A DNA stretch of 64,000 nucleotides from a candidate division FCPU426 bacterium (GTDB taxonomy: Bacteria > Oederibacteriota > PGYV01 > Palsa-1178), in assembly GCA_963840035.1 (NCBI GenBank), contig CAWIXE010000002.1:1184001-1248000 (forward strand), given 5' to 3'. Below, one piece after another: positions 10,324-21,058 of the stretch. How positions within the stretch are numbered: the stretch's first letter is position 1; each line of letters starts with the position of its first letter. The notes under the pieces were generated by a model. That model was given only the letters and a program-made list of their open reading frames with translations. It did no database searches and was not told the origin of the DNA. Made by a program: the position numbers and the translations under genes.

Positions 10324-11421
10324 CTATTTTTTATTTTTCTTTTCTTCATTGATATACCAGCTAAAACTGTCTCCTCGCAAATAAGCAAAAAAACTGCGTA
10401 AAGGATACGTGAAATGCCTCCTGAAGATGTCGCTCCAGAGTATTTTTACAACAAACTTATACTTCATCAAGTTGTTTTCGAACCTAAGATACAAATTTTG
10501 TTTAGCTCTTAAAAATTTTCTTTTTATATCATTAACCTTCACAGGTCCTGTAAAATTAATATCCCCATAAACTACTTTCGTCATTCTATTGAAATAATTT
10601 ATATATTTTATTTCGCCTTGATTAAACCCTATTATTTCCGATGCTACAATATCATTGACTAAAGGGCTGTTTGCAAAACCTATAAGATTCATTTCAACCA
10701 TATTTCCACTGAGTGGCCCCTGACCTTCCATACACTTTATGGCATCAAGAACAACTACTGTTCTTTCAGCATATACAGAATTAATATCCGCTACAGCCTT
10801 ATCAATATTTTTATGATAAATAACCCTGTACGGATCAGGAATGAGTCCAAACATATTCTTCATGGCACAAGTCATTAAAGCAAATTTATGTGTTTTTAAT
10901 TTTGGCATATTGATAATCAAATCAGCAGCCAGCGACTTTTCTGAAAGATTTATCTCTTTAATCAGTAATCCATTATCAATTTTTACTGGCACTTGTTTGT
11001 CATGGCTGCAGTTAACTATTTCAAATCCGTACTTATCTTGTAGTTGCTTAACACCCATCAATTCCAGAGTACGCTCCAATTTTCTGCCTTTCATTCTGGA
11101 ACCGGTTTCACTTTCACCGATTAAAATCCGAATATTGAACTCAGATAAGTATTTAACCACTGCCTCAATCATCCTGATGTCGGTATTACTTCCCTTCTCG
11201 ATGTACTCTTCTACATCCGAGACCAAATTAGGTTTAATAAATACAGACCTTGCGGTTTTGATCCTATCAGCAATTCCCGACCGCATTATGCCCTGATTAA
11301 TTATTTGATCAATGTTCGTGCCATCAAATGCATATAAAGCAAATTTAGCTTCCATAGCGCTCCTCATATAAATATTGTATTTAAAACTTCTTGGTATATT
11401 ATCATTTATCTTATATCTCAC
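10324..11421 (-). CDS. DUF362 domain protein
   Basis: VFIKPNLV, INMPKLKTH, MKNMFG, DAIKCMEGQGP. Confidence 0.8.
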   Translation of the reverse strand: MRYKINDNIPRSFKYNIYMRSAMEAKFALYAFDGTNIDQIINQGIMRSGIADRIKTARSVFIKPNLVSDVEEYIEKGSNTDIRMIEAVVKYLSEFNIRILIGESETGSRMKGRKLERTLELMGVKQLQDKYGFEIVNCSHDKQVPVKIDNGLLIKEINLSEKSLAADLIINMPKLKTHKFALMTCAMKNMFGLIPDPYRVIYHKNIDKAVADINSVYAERTVVVLDAIKCMEGQGPLSGNMVEMNLIGFANSPLVNDIVASEIIGFNQGEIKYINYFNRMTKVVYGDINFTGPVKVNDIKRKFLRAKQNLYLRFENNLMKYKFVVKILWSDIFRRHFTYPLRSFFAYLRGDSFSWYINEEKKNKK

Positions 11422-12745
11422 TTACCACATAAAGGTATTTTCCATTTTTATTTGGTAAAATATCATTTACGACCTCAATGCCCACCTCGCACTTATCATC
11501 CATTACTTTTTTAACAATAAGCTCGACTTTTTCCCTTATTTTTTCCGGGTTAATATTTTCACCGAGTACCAGCTTAATCAGTATATAATCATAACTTTTT
11601 TGTATAACCTGGAATTTTTTTATACCTCCTGTATTAAAAACAACACCGATAAAATGAATGAATAAAAGTGGTGAAATAGTCTCTCCGTTACGTTTCTTTA
11701 TTGATTCCACATACCGACCTACCACATTTTTAAACATAATCGTAGGCCTTCCACACGGGCATTGTTCGTATGTAAGTGATCCGTAATCGCCTATTTCATA
11801 TCTTATTAACGGCATTGAATAGTTAGTAAGTGTAGTAACAACTATCCTTCCCGTTTTGCCTGCTTCTAGAGGCTGACAGTTTTCATCGATTATTTCGACT
11901 TTATTTCTCCATTCGCTTATATGAAGACCTTGTTGCTGAGCACAACTACACGCCACACCGCCTAGTTCCCTTGATCCATACCGATTGTATACCTTTGTCC
12001 TGAATACTTTTGATATTAATTCATGCATTTCCGGGAAAAGTGTACCCGCACCCGTTACGATTCCTGCAGGAGAATGAACTACAATTTTATTTTTTTCAAT
12101 AAACTTTGAGAGTTCATAGATAGAATCAGCATACGCTTCTATCCATCTCGGTTTGAATCTATTAATCTGCAAAATATATTTGTTCATCTTATCATGGTCC
12201 ATCATGAAGGCGTTGAGGTCTATCCTGTTGTAGAAATAATTTCTTATTGATATATCATAACGTTGATTAGGAAGCAAGTCTCTCTCCGACCCCCATAGCC
12301 GGAGTTCCTTTTGCCCGGGAATTTGGCCCCCAAAAGTTTTGAAATACATCATATTAGCAACATCGCATTCATAATAACCCTGATCCTGTATAAATTCAAT
12401 TGGGATACCAGTTGTACCTCCGGTGTGATTTTTGAAACTTCCATATTTGTCATGTTGATCCGAGTACAAATCCATACCTGCTCTCCCTATTATTTCCTTC
12501 GTAAGTAGCGGTACTTTACTAAAATTCATCATATTAACAACACCTTTGTTAACAAGCCCCGCCTCTATAAAACACCTCTTATAAAACGGAACATGTTCAT
12601 ACGCATATAATATTGTCTCACGCAGCTTATTTTCGCATATATCTTTCAACTGCGCCGGTTTCAAGTCATCAAAAGCAATCATGCTTTTCAATTGACTGTT
12701 TATTTTGTGCATTCCTATTTTAAAAAATAAATTACGCCAATTCAA
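11411..12745 (-). CDS. Phenylacetate-CoA ligase family / CapK-like adenylate-forming enzyme
   Basis: YAYEHVPFY, TGGTTG, YGSRE, MPLIRYEIGD, CPCGR. Confidence 0.85.
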   Translation of the reverse strand: MNWRNLFFKIGMHKINSQLKSMIAFDDLKPAQLKDICENKLRETILYAYEHVPFYKRCFIEAGLVNKGVVNMMNFSKVPLLTKEIIGRAGMDLYSDQHDKYGSFKNHTGGTTGIPIEFIQDQGYYECDVANMMYFKTFGGQIPGQKELRLWGSERDLLPNQRYDISIRNYFYNRIDLNAFMMDHDKMNKYILQINRFKPRWIEAYADSIYELSKFIEKNKIVVHSPAGIVTGAGTLFPEMHELISKVFRTKVYNRYGSRELGGVACSCAQQQGLHISEWRNKVEIIDENCQPLEAGKTGRIVVTTLTNYSMPLIRYEIGDYGSLTYEQCPCGRPTIMFKNVVGRYVESIKKRNGETISPLLFIHFIGVVFNTGGIKKFQVIQKSYDYILIKLVLGENINPEKIREKVELIVKKVMDDKCEVGIEVVNDILPNKNGKYLYVVSEI

Positions 12746-12813
12746 TCATCCGCTCCTTTTTACAGTTAATTTTAAGTACCGGCACATACCACAAAATATC
12801 TCCGTAACACACC

Positions 12814-14670
12814 CTATATTCTCATTTCATAAAATGCATTTAATTGCGCACAATTATATAAAAACAGCCTATTGTCCGCCTTTCCGTGTTTATGAGCCGC
12901 AGAATAACTTCCTATATTCCTAATATATTTCAAATTAATGTCCTCAATATTAAGAAAATCGTCTTCACAAAACCACTTTCCTACAGGTATACCAAAGCCT
13001 TTCTTTTTACGGCTAGTAATCTCCGGTGGCAGTATTCCCATCGCTGCCGATTTCAGGATGTATTTTGTCGTATTTCCCCTAAACTTGAACTGCCATGGTA
13101 TTTTGCGTACAAAATCAACCAATTCATTATCCAAAAACGGTGCACGCACTTCCAGCGAATTCATCATACTTGCCCTGTCTATTTTAACAAGTATATCATC
13201 TTGAAGATATAATTTTGTATAAAAGGCCAGTGTTTTATCGACAATATTCAATTGTTTTGTATTATCCCAGCACTCTATTGCTTCAGAATATATATCTTCA
13301 GCGTCCGTTGGTTCATTAAATATGTCATCCATTTCATGCGGACTTAACGCTCCGCCCCAAACAGGCAGCCATATTTTTTCCTGATATAATAGACCTCTCA
13401 AAGCCCTCTTAATTTTGAAATCTAGACTCATATTTACATGCGATGTCGGCATTTTTGATGCAAGCATTAGTATTACCTGGTGAATTGGCTTTGGCACTAT
13501 TTTTGAATACAATTCTGCAAGCGCCAGTGCTTTAAACGGGTCATACCCGGCAAATAGTTCATCTGCTCCATCACCGCCAATGGCAACAGTAACATGCTTT
13601 CTCGTTTCTCTGCAAAGCATGTAAGTAGGAAGCAACGAACTGTCACCCATCGGTTCGTCAAGATTGCTCATAACCTCTCCCATAAGCATTTTGGCCTTAT
13701 CAAGTGAAAAAACTTCTGTATGATGTTCAGTTTCAAAAAAACTTGATACTTTGTTGAAATACTTTGATTCATCAAAACTTTCTTCATTAAACCCGATAGA
13801 AAAAGTCTTCAAGCCGCCAATCGGAAAATATCTGCTTGCAAACGCTGTAATCAAAGATGAGTCTATACCACCGCTTAAAAATACGCCGAGTGGTACATCT
13901 GCAATAAGCCTTCTTTTTACAGCCGCATTAAGCAGGCTCATTAACTCTTCGCCCCAGACCTTTTCAGGATTTTTCGGTGTTTTTTCAAACGGTTCAATTA
14001 CAAAATCCCAGTATTTTTTGATTTTAATGGCATTGTCACGAAGGTTGAACAACATGTTATACCCGCCGGGAAGCTTATATATTTGTTCATATAATGAATT
14101 CGGCGAAGGAATATATCCATAAGCAAAATATTTTTTTAGGCTTCTTTTTGAAATGGACGCTTGTATTTCCGGATGCTGTATAAGCGAGGACAATTCCGAA
14201 GAAAACGCGAATACCCCCTTCTGAAAAGAATAAAACAACGGTTTCTTTCCAAACCTGTCCCTGCTTAGGAATATCTGTTTTTTTCTCTTGTCATAAACAG
14301 CAAAAGCCCACATGCCGTTTAATTTAGGGACTATACCCTCTCCCCATTCATAATAACCGTGCAGCAGTGTCTCTGTATCAGAGTGGTCAGTTTTGAATAC
14401 ATGCCCAAGGGAGGTAAGTTCTTTTCTGATGTCCGCGTGGTTGTAGATTTCGCCGTTAAAAACTAATCCAAGCATATTATCTGAAGTCCACATGGGCTGC
14501 CTCCCGCCCATAATGTCTATTATTGAAAGTCGTCTGTGTCCCAAATAAAGATTTTCTTTTTTATCAGAATAATATCCTTCCTCATCAGGCCCACGGTGTA
14601 CTAGTTTATCGGTCATCCTTTTTATATCTTCATCACTTCCGTGTCCGACAAAACCGCAAATACCGCACAT
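12814..14670 (-). CDS. asnB: Asparagine synthase (glutamine-hydrolysing) family amidotransferase, probably sugar-amidating
   Basis: MCGICG N-terminus, HRGPD, HRRLSIID, FNGEIYN, LSGGIDSS, GDGADELFAGY. Confidence 0.92.
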   Translation of the reverse strand: MCGICGFVGHGSDEDIKRMTDKLVHRGPDEEGYYSDKKENLYLGHRRLSIIDIMGGRQPMWTSDNMLGLVFNGEIYNHADIRKELTSLGHVFKTDHSDTETLLHGYYEWGEGIVPKLNGMWAFAVYDKRKKQIFLSRDRFGKKPLFYSFQKGVFAFSSELSSLIQHPEIQASISKRSLKKYFAYGYIPSPNSLYEQIYKLPGGYNMLFNLRDNAIKIKKYWDFVIEPFEKTPKNPEKVWGEELMSLLNAAVKRRLIADVPLGVFLSGGIDSSLITAFASRYFPIGGLKTFSIGFNEESFDESKYFNKVSSFFETEHHTEVFSLDKAKMLMGEVMSNLDEPMGDSSLLPTYMLCRETRKHVTVAIGGDGADELFAGYDPFKALALAELYSKIVPKPIHQVILMLASKMPTSHVNMSLDFKIKRALRGLLYQEKIWLPVWGGALSPHEMDDIFNEPTDAEDIYSEAIECWDNTKQLNIVDKTLAFYTKLYLQDDILVKIDRASMMNSLEVRAPFLDNELVDFVRKIPWQFKFRGNTTKYILKSAAMGILPPEITSRKKKGFGIPVGKWFCEDDFLNIEDINLKYIRNIGSYSAAHKHGKADNRLFLYNCAQLNAFYEMRI

Positions 14671-14683
14671 TGTTATCTTCCCA

Positions 14684-15622
14684 TCATATGTTTTTCTTCT
14701 CTTTTATAACATAAACCTGCTTATCCTGGGCTTCATGGTAGGTCCTGTTTTGTATTTCAGCTAAGAGGCCAAAAAAAAGCGAAACAAATCCGATTAAACC
14801 GAAAAGTACCACAAGCATTGGAAGCGGCGTCTGTATGAATGATTTGCCTCCCCAGTATTTGAAATATATCATAAAGCCAATCGACAGTATCGACGCGAAA
14901 AAATTATAGAACGCGAATTGCCCAAAAAAATGCATGGGTTTCTGGGAATATTTCCTGAGAAAAACGAGCACCAGCAGATCAAGCAGGACCTTAAATACCC
15001 TTTTAAGCCCGTATTTGGACTTGCCGTATTTACGCGGATAATGAGCGACAGGAATTTCCGCTATTTTAGCGCCATGCCAGCTTGCATATACCGGTATGAA
15101 CCTGTGCATTTCACCGTATAATTTAATATTTTTAATTATAGTTTTTTTATACGCTTTAAGCGAACATCCGTAGTCGTGCAGCGCTACGCCGGTAATCCAT
15201 GAAATGAGGATATTCGCAATCCTGCTGGGAAAGTTCCTTAAAAGCACATTGTCTTTTCTGTCTTTCCTCCATCCCGATACCACATCATACCCTTCATTCA
15301 TTTTATCGAGCATTTTTTTAATATCTGCCGGGTCATTTTGCAGGTCGCCGTCAAGCGGGATTATTATTTCCCCCCGGGATTGGTTAAACCCGGCCATGAT
15401 AGCGGCAGTTTGTCCATAATTTGTATCAAAACTGATAAATTTTACCTTTTTATCCTTGCCGGCAAGCGCGCGTAAAACATCCGGGGTTCCGTCATTACTG
15501 CCGTCATTAATGAAAATCAGCTCATATTTGTATCCTATCTTTTTCATTTCAGAAACGACTTTATCATAAAGCGGATTAATGTTGTCCTTTTCATTATAAA
15601 CCGGGACGATTATGGATATCAT
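14684..15622 (-). CDS. GT2 polyprenol-phosphate glycosyltransferase (GtrB/ArnC-like)
   Basis: IIVPVYNE, NDGSND, DGDLQNDP, GEMHRFIP and two C-terminal TM helices. Confidence 0.88.
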   Translation of the reverse strand: MISIIVPVYNEKDNINPLYDKVVSEMKKIGYKYELIFINDGSNDGTPDVLRALAGKDKKVKFISFDTNYGQTAAIMAGFNQSRGEIIIPLDGDLQNDPADIKKMLDKMNEGYDVVSGWRKDRKDNVLLRNFPSRIANILISWITGVALHDYGCSLKAYKKTIIKNIKLYGEMHRFIPVYASWHGAKIAEIPVAHYPRKYGKSKYGLKRVFKVLLDLLVLVFLRKYSQKPMHFFGQFAFYNFFASILSIGFMIYFKYWGGKSFIQTPLPMLVVLFGLIGFVSLFFGLLAEIQNRTYHEAQDKQVYVIKEKKNI

Positions 15623-17277
15623 ATCGCGCTCCTTTGGGCCTTTTTGTTCAGGCCTTCATAAATTAACAATAGTAAAAAGACAAGTATTATAAGCGGATGT
15701 GTTATCGTGCTTTCAGCGGAATCAGCCCTCAAAACAAAATAACGGTTCGGGACAAGAAGAAGCCCGAAAAGCAGGGCATATGGCAGGTCAAACCTGCCGC
15801 GTTCCTTTGAAATTATAAACATACACATGGGTATGAGTATATGTATAAGCCTGTAATCCGCCGTTATAAAAGGAAACAGAAATATCGACAGTACAAGCAC
15901 AGCAGCATTTTTCCATAATAATGCGCCTGACTTAAACACATAGAACAAGACTAAAAGTATAAGCGGAGCAACCACCAACGGATAAACATTAAAAATCTGG
16001 GTTGTTGTAAATTTCAGTTTTAGCATTATAGCGACTTCCTTTAAAGCCCCGTATAAACTGCTGCAGTTAAATGAGCCCTTATCATCTATGGCATATTCAT
16101 GGTTATATCCCTGGTTCGGGCTTAATAAGCTATTATATACTCCGGTAATGAACTTGCGGGCCGTCCCGTTTAAATCTCCGGTATATATTTGGATACCCGT
16201 CAAAAAAATGCCGAGCAGTGATAAAGCAGCCAAAACGCCAATCATTTTTGACCTCATAATACCTTTTTTCAGTTTTTTCACATTTATCCCTGCTGATCCC
16301 CTATAAAAAACCAGGACTGACAGCAGAACCGACAGCAGGATAAACGCAGGGACACTGGCGACGGTATGGCCCGCGAGATTTGCATGCGCATAAAGGATCT
16401 TATCAAAAAACGTCATAATCTGTTGCCCCAATAATACCGCAACAAAAAAGATCAGGACTTCCCTGTACATCTTCTTCTGAATAAACAGCAAAAGGAAGAT
16501 CGCAAAATAAACTTTTTGCATTAACACTATCATGGCGATTAAAATAACGCTTCCGGCAAATTTGCCCTTCTCAAAGCACAGCATTGATAACGATAATATA
16601 ATAAAAACCAACATTTCGGGATTACCCCTGTCAAGATTGAATAGCATAGGATACGTCAGCAGGGTTAAAATAACGACATGGTAAAACAAGCCGTTTTGTA
16701 ATTCCTTATTTTGTCCCAAATACAAACGGATAAAATACATCACGTAAAACACGAACGCGAGCGCGTATAACACATATGCCCCAAACCAGTTCTCCCTGAA
16801 AAAAAATGAAAACACGCTGAGGATGTAATTATTTGGCGACGAAGCAAAAGAACTATAAGGGCCTGATTTTTTTAGTGTTAATTGATTATAGCTGTTAAGA
16901 AAATCATTGAATTTATCCTCAGCGCCGTATAAAAAAGTGTTATATGGAAAATGGCCTATCATATATACATTAACAAAATACAGATACAATACTGCCGACG
17001 CGAAACCGGCTATGACCACCGATGATATTATGCTTAATTTATCGGCGGGATCAACCGTACGGGACCGGTATTTGGCCGCAAGCATGGCGCAAAAAAGTAT
17101 ATATAGATAGAGGATATTGAATTTGACAAGGTCTACTATCGCCGCGTTCCTGCCAAAAAACAGGTCAGCAGCTAACAGCAGCAGTAATGCGGCAACAAAA
17201 ATCATGCGGATGGCGCGCGGAAATAACTCTTTTTGCAAAACTCCAGCGTCAGGCTGAGGCACAGATGCCTTTCTCAC
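15619..17277 (-). CDS. GT-C fold membrane glycosyltransferase (GT87/DUF2029-like)
   Basis: KFNDF, NLDRGNPE, SSLYGALKE, PFITADY; multi-TM; lies between gtrA-like and GT2 genes. Confidence 0.65.
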   Translation of the reverse strand: MRKASVPQPDAGVLQKELFPRAIRMIFVAALLLLLAADLFFGRNAAIVDLVKFNILYLYILFCAMLAAKYRSRTVDPADKLSIISSVVIAGFASAVLYLYFVNVYMIGHFPYNTFLYGAEDKFNDFLNSYNQLTLKKSGPYSSFASSPNNYILSVFSFFFRENWFGAYVLYALAFVFYVMYFIRLYLGQNKELQNGLFYHVVILTLLTYPMLFNLDRGNPEMLVFIILSLSMLCFEKGKFAGSVILIAMIVLMQKVYFAIFLLLFIQKKMYREVLIFFVAVLLGQQIMTFFDKILYAHANLAGHTVASVPAFILLSVLLSVLVFYRGSAGINVKKLKKGIMRSKMIGVLAALSLLGIFLTGIQIYTGDLNGTARKFITGVYNSLLSPNQGYNHEYAIDDKGSFNCSSLYGALKEVAIMLKLKFTTTQIFNVYPLVVAPLILLVLFYVFKSGALLWKNAAVLVLSIFLFPFITADYRLIHILIPMCMFIISKERGRFDLPYALLFGLLLVPNRYFVLRADSAESTITHPLIILVFLLLLIYEGLNKKAQRSAI

Positions 17278-17700
17278 CTAAACACGCTCCTTGGCCTTAT
17301 GTGTTTTAAAACTGAACGTTTTATGGCCGAAATAACTCAGCAAAGTCGTAACAGCCAGCCCTAAAATTCCGCCCAAATATGAGTTCATCTTAAGCAGGGT
17401 TATGCAGATAAAAAGTATGAGCAAATTAAGCAGATAACCGGCCAGGTATACCGCCAGGAACCTGAATAATTCCTTCATGGACTTATCCGGGGTCCTGAAA
17501 GTGAAATACTTGTTCCACAAATAACTGTGCGCTATCGCTATGACGCTTGAAACCAGCTGGGCGAGCGCGTAATGCATCCCCATGTATATGCATAGCGCGT
17601 ATAGCCCGTAACCCACCGCGGTATTTAATACCCCTACAAAAAGGAACCGCACTTTCATGTCGGCAAAGGCAGGCTTTAAGGCCTCCTTTATTTTTTGCAT
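17278..17700 (-). CDS. GtrA family polyprenol-P-sugar flippase
   Basis: 140 aa with 4 TM segments; RFLFVGVLNT, SYLWNKYFTF, SYFGHKTFSF. Confidence 0.88.
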   Translation of the reverse strand: MQKIKEALKPAFADMKVRFLFVGVLNTAVGYGLYALCIYMGMHYALAQLVSSVIAIAHSYLWNKYFTFRTPDKSMKELFRFLAVYLAGYLLNLLILFICITLLKMNSYLGGILGLAVTTLLSYFGHKTFSFKTHKAKERV

Positions 17701-19031
17701 ATTGCCGTTATCTCGGAGGCGATTGTATCGAGCATGTCTTCATCCATCCCGGGATAAACCCCGACCCAGAACGTGTCATTCATTATCCTGTCAGTATTTA
17801 CAAGTTTCCCTACGACGCGGTAACCCCTGCCGCTTTCGCGCATTTCGTCAAAACAGGGGTGTTTTATGATATTCCCGGCAAAAAGCATACGGGTCTGTAT
17901 TGATTTTGCCTCGAGGTGCCTGACTATATCATCCCTTTTTACGGCTGATTTTTCCCTTACTGTCATTAAAAAGCCAAACCAGCTCGGCTTAGATTCGGGC
18001 GCCGGCTCCGGCAGTATTATCATCTCTTTTACCGCGGCAAGTTTTTTCCTGAGGTATTCCCAGTTTGCCCTTCTCTTTTCCACAAACCCGGGCAGCTTAT
18101 CCAGCTGGGCGCAGCCGATGGCCGCCTGCATCTCAGTGGCTTTAAGGTTATACCCGAAATGCGAGTAAACGTATTTGTGGTCATAGCCGCGCGGAAGCTC
18201 ACCGAACTGTCCGTCAAACCTGCGGCCGCATGTATTATCCTTCCCCGACGGGCAGAAGCATTCCCTGCCCCAGTCCCTCATGGATAAAGCGATCCTGAAA
18301 AGCTTCGGGTCAGAGGTGTAAACCGCTCCGCCTTCACCCATGGTCATGTGGTGCGGCGGATAAAAACTCGACGTGCCTATGTCCCCCATGGACCCGGTAT
18401 ATTTCCACGCGCCGTCCATGCGGTATTGCGAGCCCAGGGCGTCGCAGTTATCTTCTATCATCCACAGGCTGTTCTTATCGCAGAACTCCCGCACCGCTTT
18501 GAGGTCGAACGGGTTGCCGAGGGTATGCGCTATCATGACAGCTTTTGTTTTGCGGCTCATGGCCTTTTTTAAGCTGCTTATGTCAATATTATACTGCGGT
18601 ATGGTAACATCCACAAAAACCGGCACAGCGCCATACTGTATGATGGGCGCCACAGTGGTCGGAAATCCCGCCGCGACAGTTATGACTTCGTCGCCCCTTT
18701 TTATGGCCCGTTCCTTTAATAGCGGGGACGTGAGCGTCATGAATGCCAGGAGGTTGGCAGAAGAGCCTGAATTTACCAGCAGCGCGTGCTTTACGCCGAG
18801 GAAATCCGCGAATGACCTTTCAAACTTTTCAGCGTACCGCCCTGCCGTGAGCCAGAAATCCAGCGAAGCGTCCACAAGGTTCGTCATTTCCTTTTCATCA
18901 TAGACCCTGGCCGCGTAATTGATCCTGCCGCCCTTTTTATACGGGGGCTTCTTGTGGAAGGCCCTGTAATACCCTGCCGTACTTTTAAGTATCCCCTGCC
19001 TGACCCTGTTTTCCTTTTTGTCCGCGGCCAT
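17688..19031 (-). CDS. rfbH: CDP-4-keto-6-deoxy-D-glucose 3-dehydrase (E1, RfbH/DdhC)
   Basis: VNSGSSANL, IEDNCDALG, SFYPPHHMTMGEGG (His in place of the aminotransferase Lys), RDWGRECFC...DNTC Fe-S cysteines, YDHKY. Confidence 0.93.
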   Translation of the reverse strand: MAADKKENRVRQGILKSTAGYYRAFHKKPPYKKGGRINYAARVYDEKEMTNLVDASLDFWLTAGRYAEKFERSFADFLGVKHALLVNSGSSANLLAFMTLTSPLLKERAIKRGDEVITVAAGFPTTVAPIIQYGAVPVFVDVTIPQYNIDISSLKKAMSRKTKAVMIAHTLGNPFDLKAVREFCDKNSLWMIEDNCDALGSQYRMDGAWKYTGSMGDIGTSSFYPPHHMTMGEGGAVYTSDPKLFRIALSMRDWGRECFCPSGKDNTCGRRFDGQFGELPRGYDHKYVYSHFGYNLKATEMQAAIGCAQLDKLPGFVEKRRANWEYLRKKLAAVKEMIILPEPAPESKPSWFGFLMTVREKSAVKRDDIVRHLEAKSIQTRMLFAGNIIKHPCFDEMRESGRGYRVVGKLVNTDRIMNDTFWVGVYPGMDEDMLDTIASEITAICKK

Positions 19032-20086
19032 TATTTACCCTTCCCGAAATATGAATTTATCTGGCTGTCCATGCAGGCGAGCATATCGCCCTTATCCGCG
19101 TATACTTTGGACCACTCCACTGTCATTTCCACAGCTTTTTCAAGGCTTATTGCCGGCTTCCATCCGAGCATCTTTTTGGCCTTGGCGCAGTTAAGCTTCA
19201 GGAATTTTGCCTCGTGCGGCCCGCCGTCGCTTTTATTATGGCTTTTCATGCCGCAGCCCCATTTCTCGCAGAATATGTCCACAAGGGCGCCGTTGTTTAC
19301 AACCTCATCCTCATCCGGCCCGAAGTTATAGCTGCCGGCCAATTTTTTATCGTATTGTCTTTTCGCAAGCAGAAGGTATCCTGACAGGCAGTCAAGCACA
19401 TGCTGGTAAGGCCTTGTGGAGCGCGGGTTTCTGATTATTACAGGCCTGCCTTTCATGGCCGCCCTCACGCAGTCGGGCAATATCCTGTCCGCGGAAAAAT
19501 CTCCGCCGCCTATTACATTTCCGGAGCGCGCCGTTGATATCGCAGGAGCGCCTTTCCCCCCGAAAAAGCTGTTCCTGTAGCCTGTCGTGAGTATGTCAGA
19601 GCATGATTTTGAATTTGAATACGGGTCATATCCGCATAATATCTCGTGTTCCATGTAACCCCTGTCATGCTCCCTGTTCTGGTAGACCTTGTCCGTAGTA
19701 ACGTTTACCACTGACTTTATGGAGGCGGTGTGCCTGCATGCCTCCAGCAGATTTACCGTTCCCATGACATTGGTATGGTATGTGTATACGGGATTTTCGT
19801 ATGATTCCCTGACAAGCGGCTGGGCCGCCATATGAAAGACTATTTCCGGCTTAAAATCCATGACCTCGGCTGATAACGTTTTTAAGTTCCTTATGTCAGC
19901 CGTGGCCGAAACAACTTTTTTTCCGATACCCGCGAGCTCATACAGGCTCGGTTTTGTCGGCGGCTTAAGGGCGTAACCCCTGACCTTTGCACCGGCTAAA
20001 ACAAGCGCGCGGGCCAGCCATGCCCCCTTAAACCCGGTATGGCCGGTTATGAATACCTTTTTATTCCTGTAAAATGAAAGGTTCAT
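19031..20086 (-). CDS. rfbG: CDP-glucose 4,6-dehydratase
   Basis: TGHTGFKG, HMAAQPLVR, TTDKVY, DPYSNSK, GNVIGGGD, RPYQHVL. Start at 20086 preferred because it follows the rfbF stop; 20104 is the alternative. Confidence 0.93.
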   Translation of the reverse strand: MNLSFYRNKKVFITGHTGFKGAWLARALVLAGAKVRGYALKPPTKPSLYELAGIGKKVVSATADIRNLKTLSAEVMDFKPEIVFHMAAQPLVRESYENPVYTYHTNVMGTVNLLEACRHTASIKSVVNVTTDKVYQNREHDRGYMEHEILCGYDPYSNSKSCSDILTTGYRNSFFGGKGAPAISTARSGNVIGGGDFSADRILPDCVRAAMKGRPVIIRNPRSTRPYQHVLDCLSGYLLLAKRQYDKKLAGSYNFGPDEDEVVNNGALVDIFCEKWGCGMKSHNKSDGGPHEAKFLKLNCAKAKKMLGWKPAISLEKAVEMTVEWSKVYADKGDMLACMDSQINSYFGKGK

Positions 20087-20088
20087 CT

Positions 20089-20856
20089 TTACCATACCAT
20101 CCATGGCGCTTTATTGCCCTCGACCAGGCCTTCAAGATATGACCTGTCGCGCATGGTGTCCATGCACTGCCAGAATCCCCTGTGTTTAAACGCGCTCAGT
20201 TCATTATCCACGCCGAGTTTTTCGAGGACGTGCTTCTCAAGTATGGTGCTGTCATCTTTTATATAATCAAATATCTCCGGTTCAAGCATCATGAATCCCC
20301 CGTTTATCCAGCCGCCGTCTTCCTTGCGTTTTTCGGAGAACACGGTCTTTTTTCCCTTTATCTCCACGGTCCCGAACCTGCCTCCGGGCTGAACAGCCGT
20401 CACACTCGCTATTTTTTTGGATTTTTTGTGAAAAACAGAAAGTTTTTCCAGGTTCACGTCGGATACCCCGTCGCCGTAAGTCAGCATGAAAGTCTCATCC
20501 CCCACATATTCCCTTATGCGCCCCACCCTGCCGCCTGTCATGGTCTTTAAGCCGGTGTCAACAAGGGTTACCTTCCACGGCTCGGCTATGTTATTGTGTA
20601 TCACCATGCGGTTGTTGTCGGAAAAATCAAAGGTAACGTCGGAGCGGTGTAAAAAATAATTGCTGAAATATTCCTTTATCATGTACCCCTTATAGCCGCA
20701 GCAGATCACAAAATCATTATGGCCGAAATGCGAATAGTATTTCATGATATGCCACAGTATGGGCATGGTGCCTATCTCAATCATGGGCTTTGGCTTTATT
20801 CCGCTTTCTTCGCTTATGCGCGTTCCTGCCCCGCCCGCGAGTATTACAGTTTTCAT
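20089..20856 (-). CDS. rfbF: Glucose-1-phosphate cytidylyltransferase
   Basis: ILAGGAGTRISEE, KPM, DTGLKTMTGGR, TYGDGV, FWQCMDT. Confidence 0.95.
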   Translation of the reverse strand: MKTVILAGGAGTRISEESGIKPKPMIEIGTMPILWHIMKYYSHFGHNDFVICCGYKGYMIKEYFSNYFLHRSDVTFDFSDNNRMVIHNNIAEPWKVTLVDTGLKTMTGGRVGRIREYVGDETFMLTYGDGVSDVNLEKLSVFHKKSKKIASVTAVQPGGRFGTVEIKGKKTVFSEKRKEDGGWINGGFMMLEPEIFDYIKDDSTILEKHVLEKLGVDNELSAFKHRGFWQCMDTMRDRSYLEGLVEGNKAPWMVW

Positions 20857-21058
20857 ATAGCCCTCCTGATATCATTATTATCACACCATATTTATTAATA
20901 ATAACATAATACCGCTTTGTTTTAAAGCGTTTTTTGGGGAAGTAACTTTCCGGGCAGGCATCAATGCCATTGTTTAAAAAGGCCGGGGCCGTGAAAAAAC
21001 AGTTTATTTTAAAGGCGTTTTATATTATAATCAATTATCAAAAATTGAGGAGAAACAT

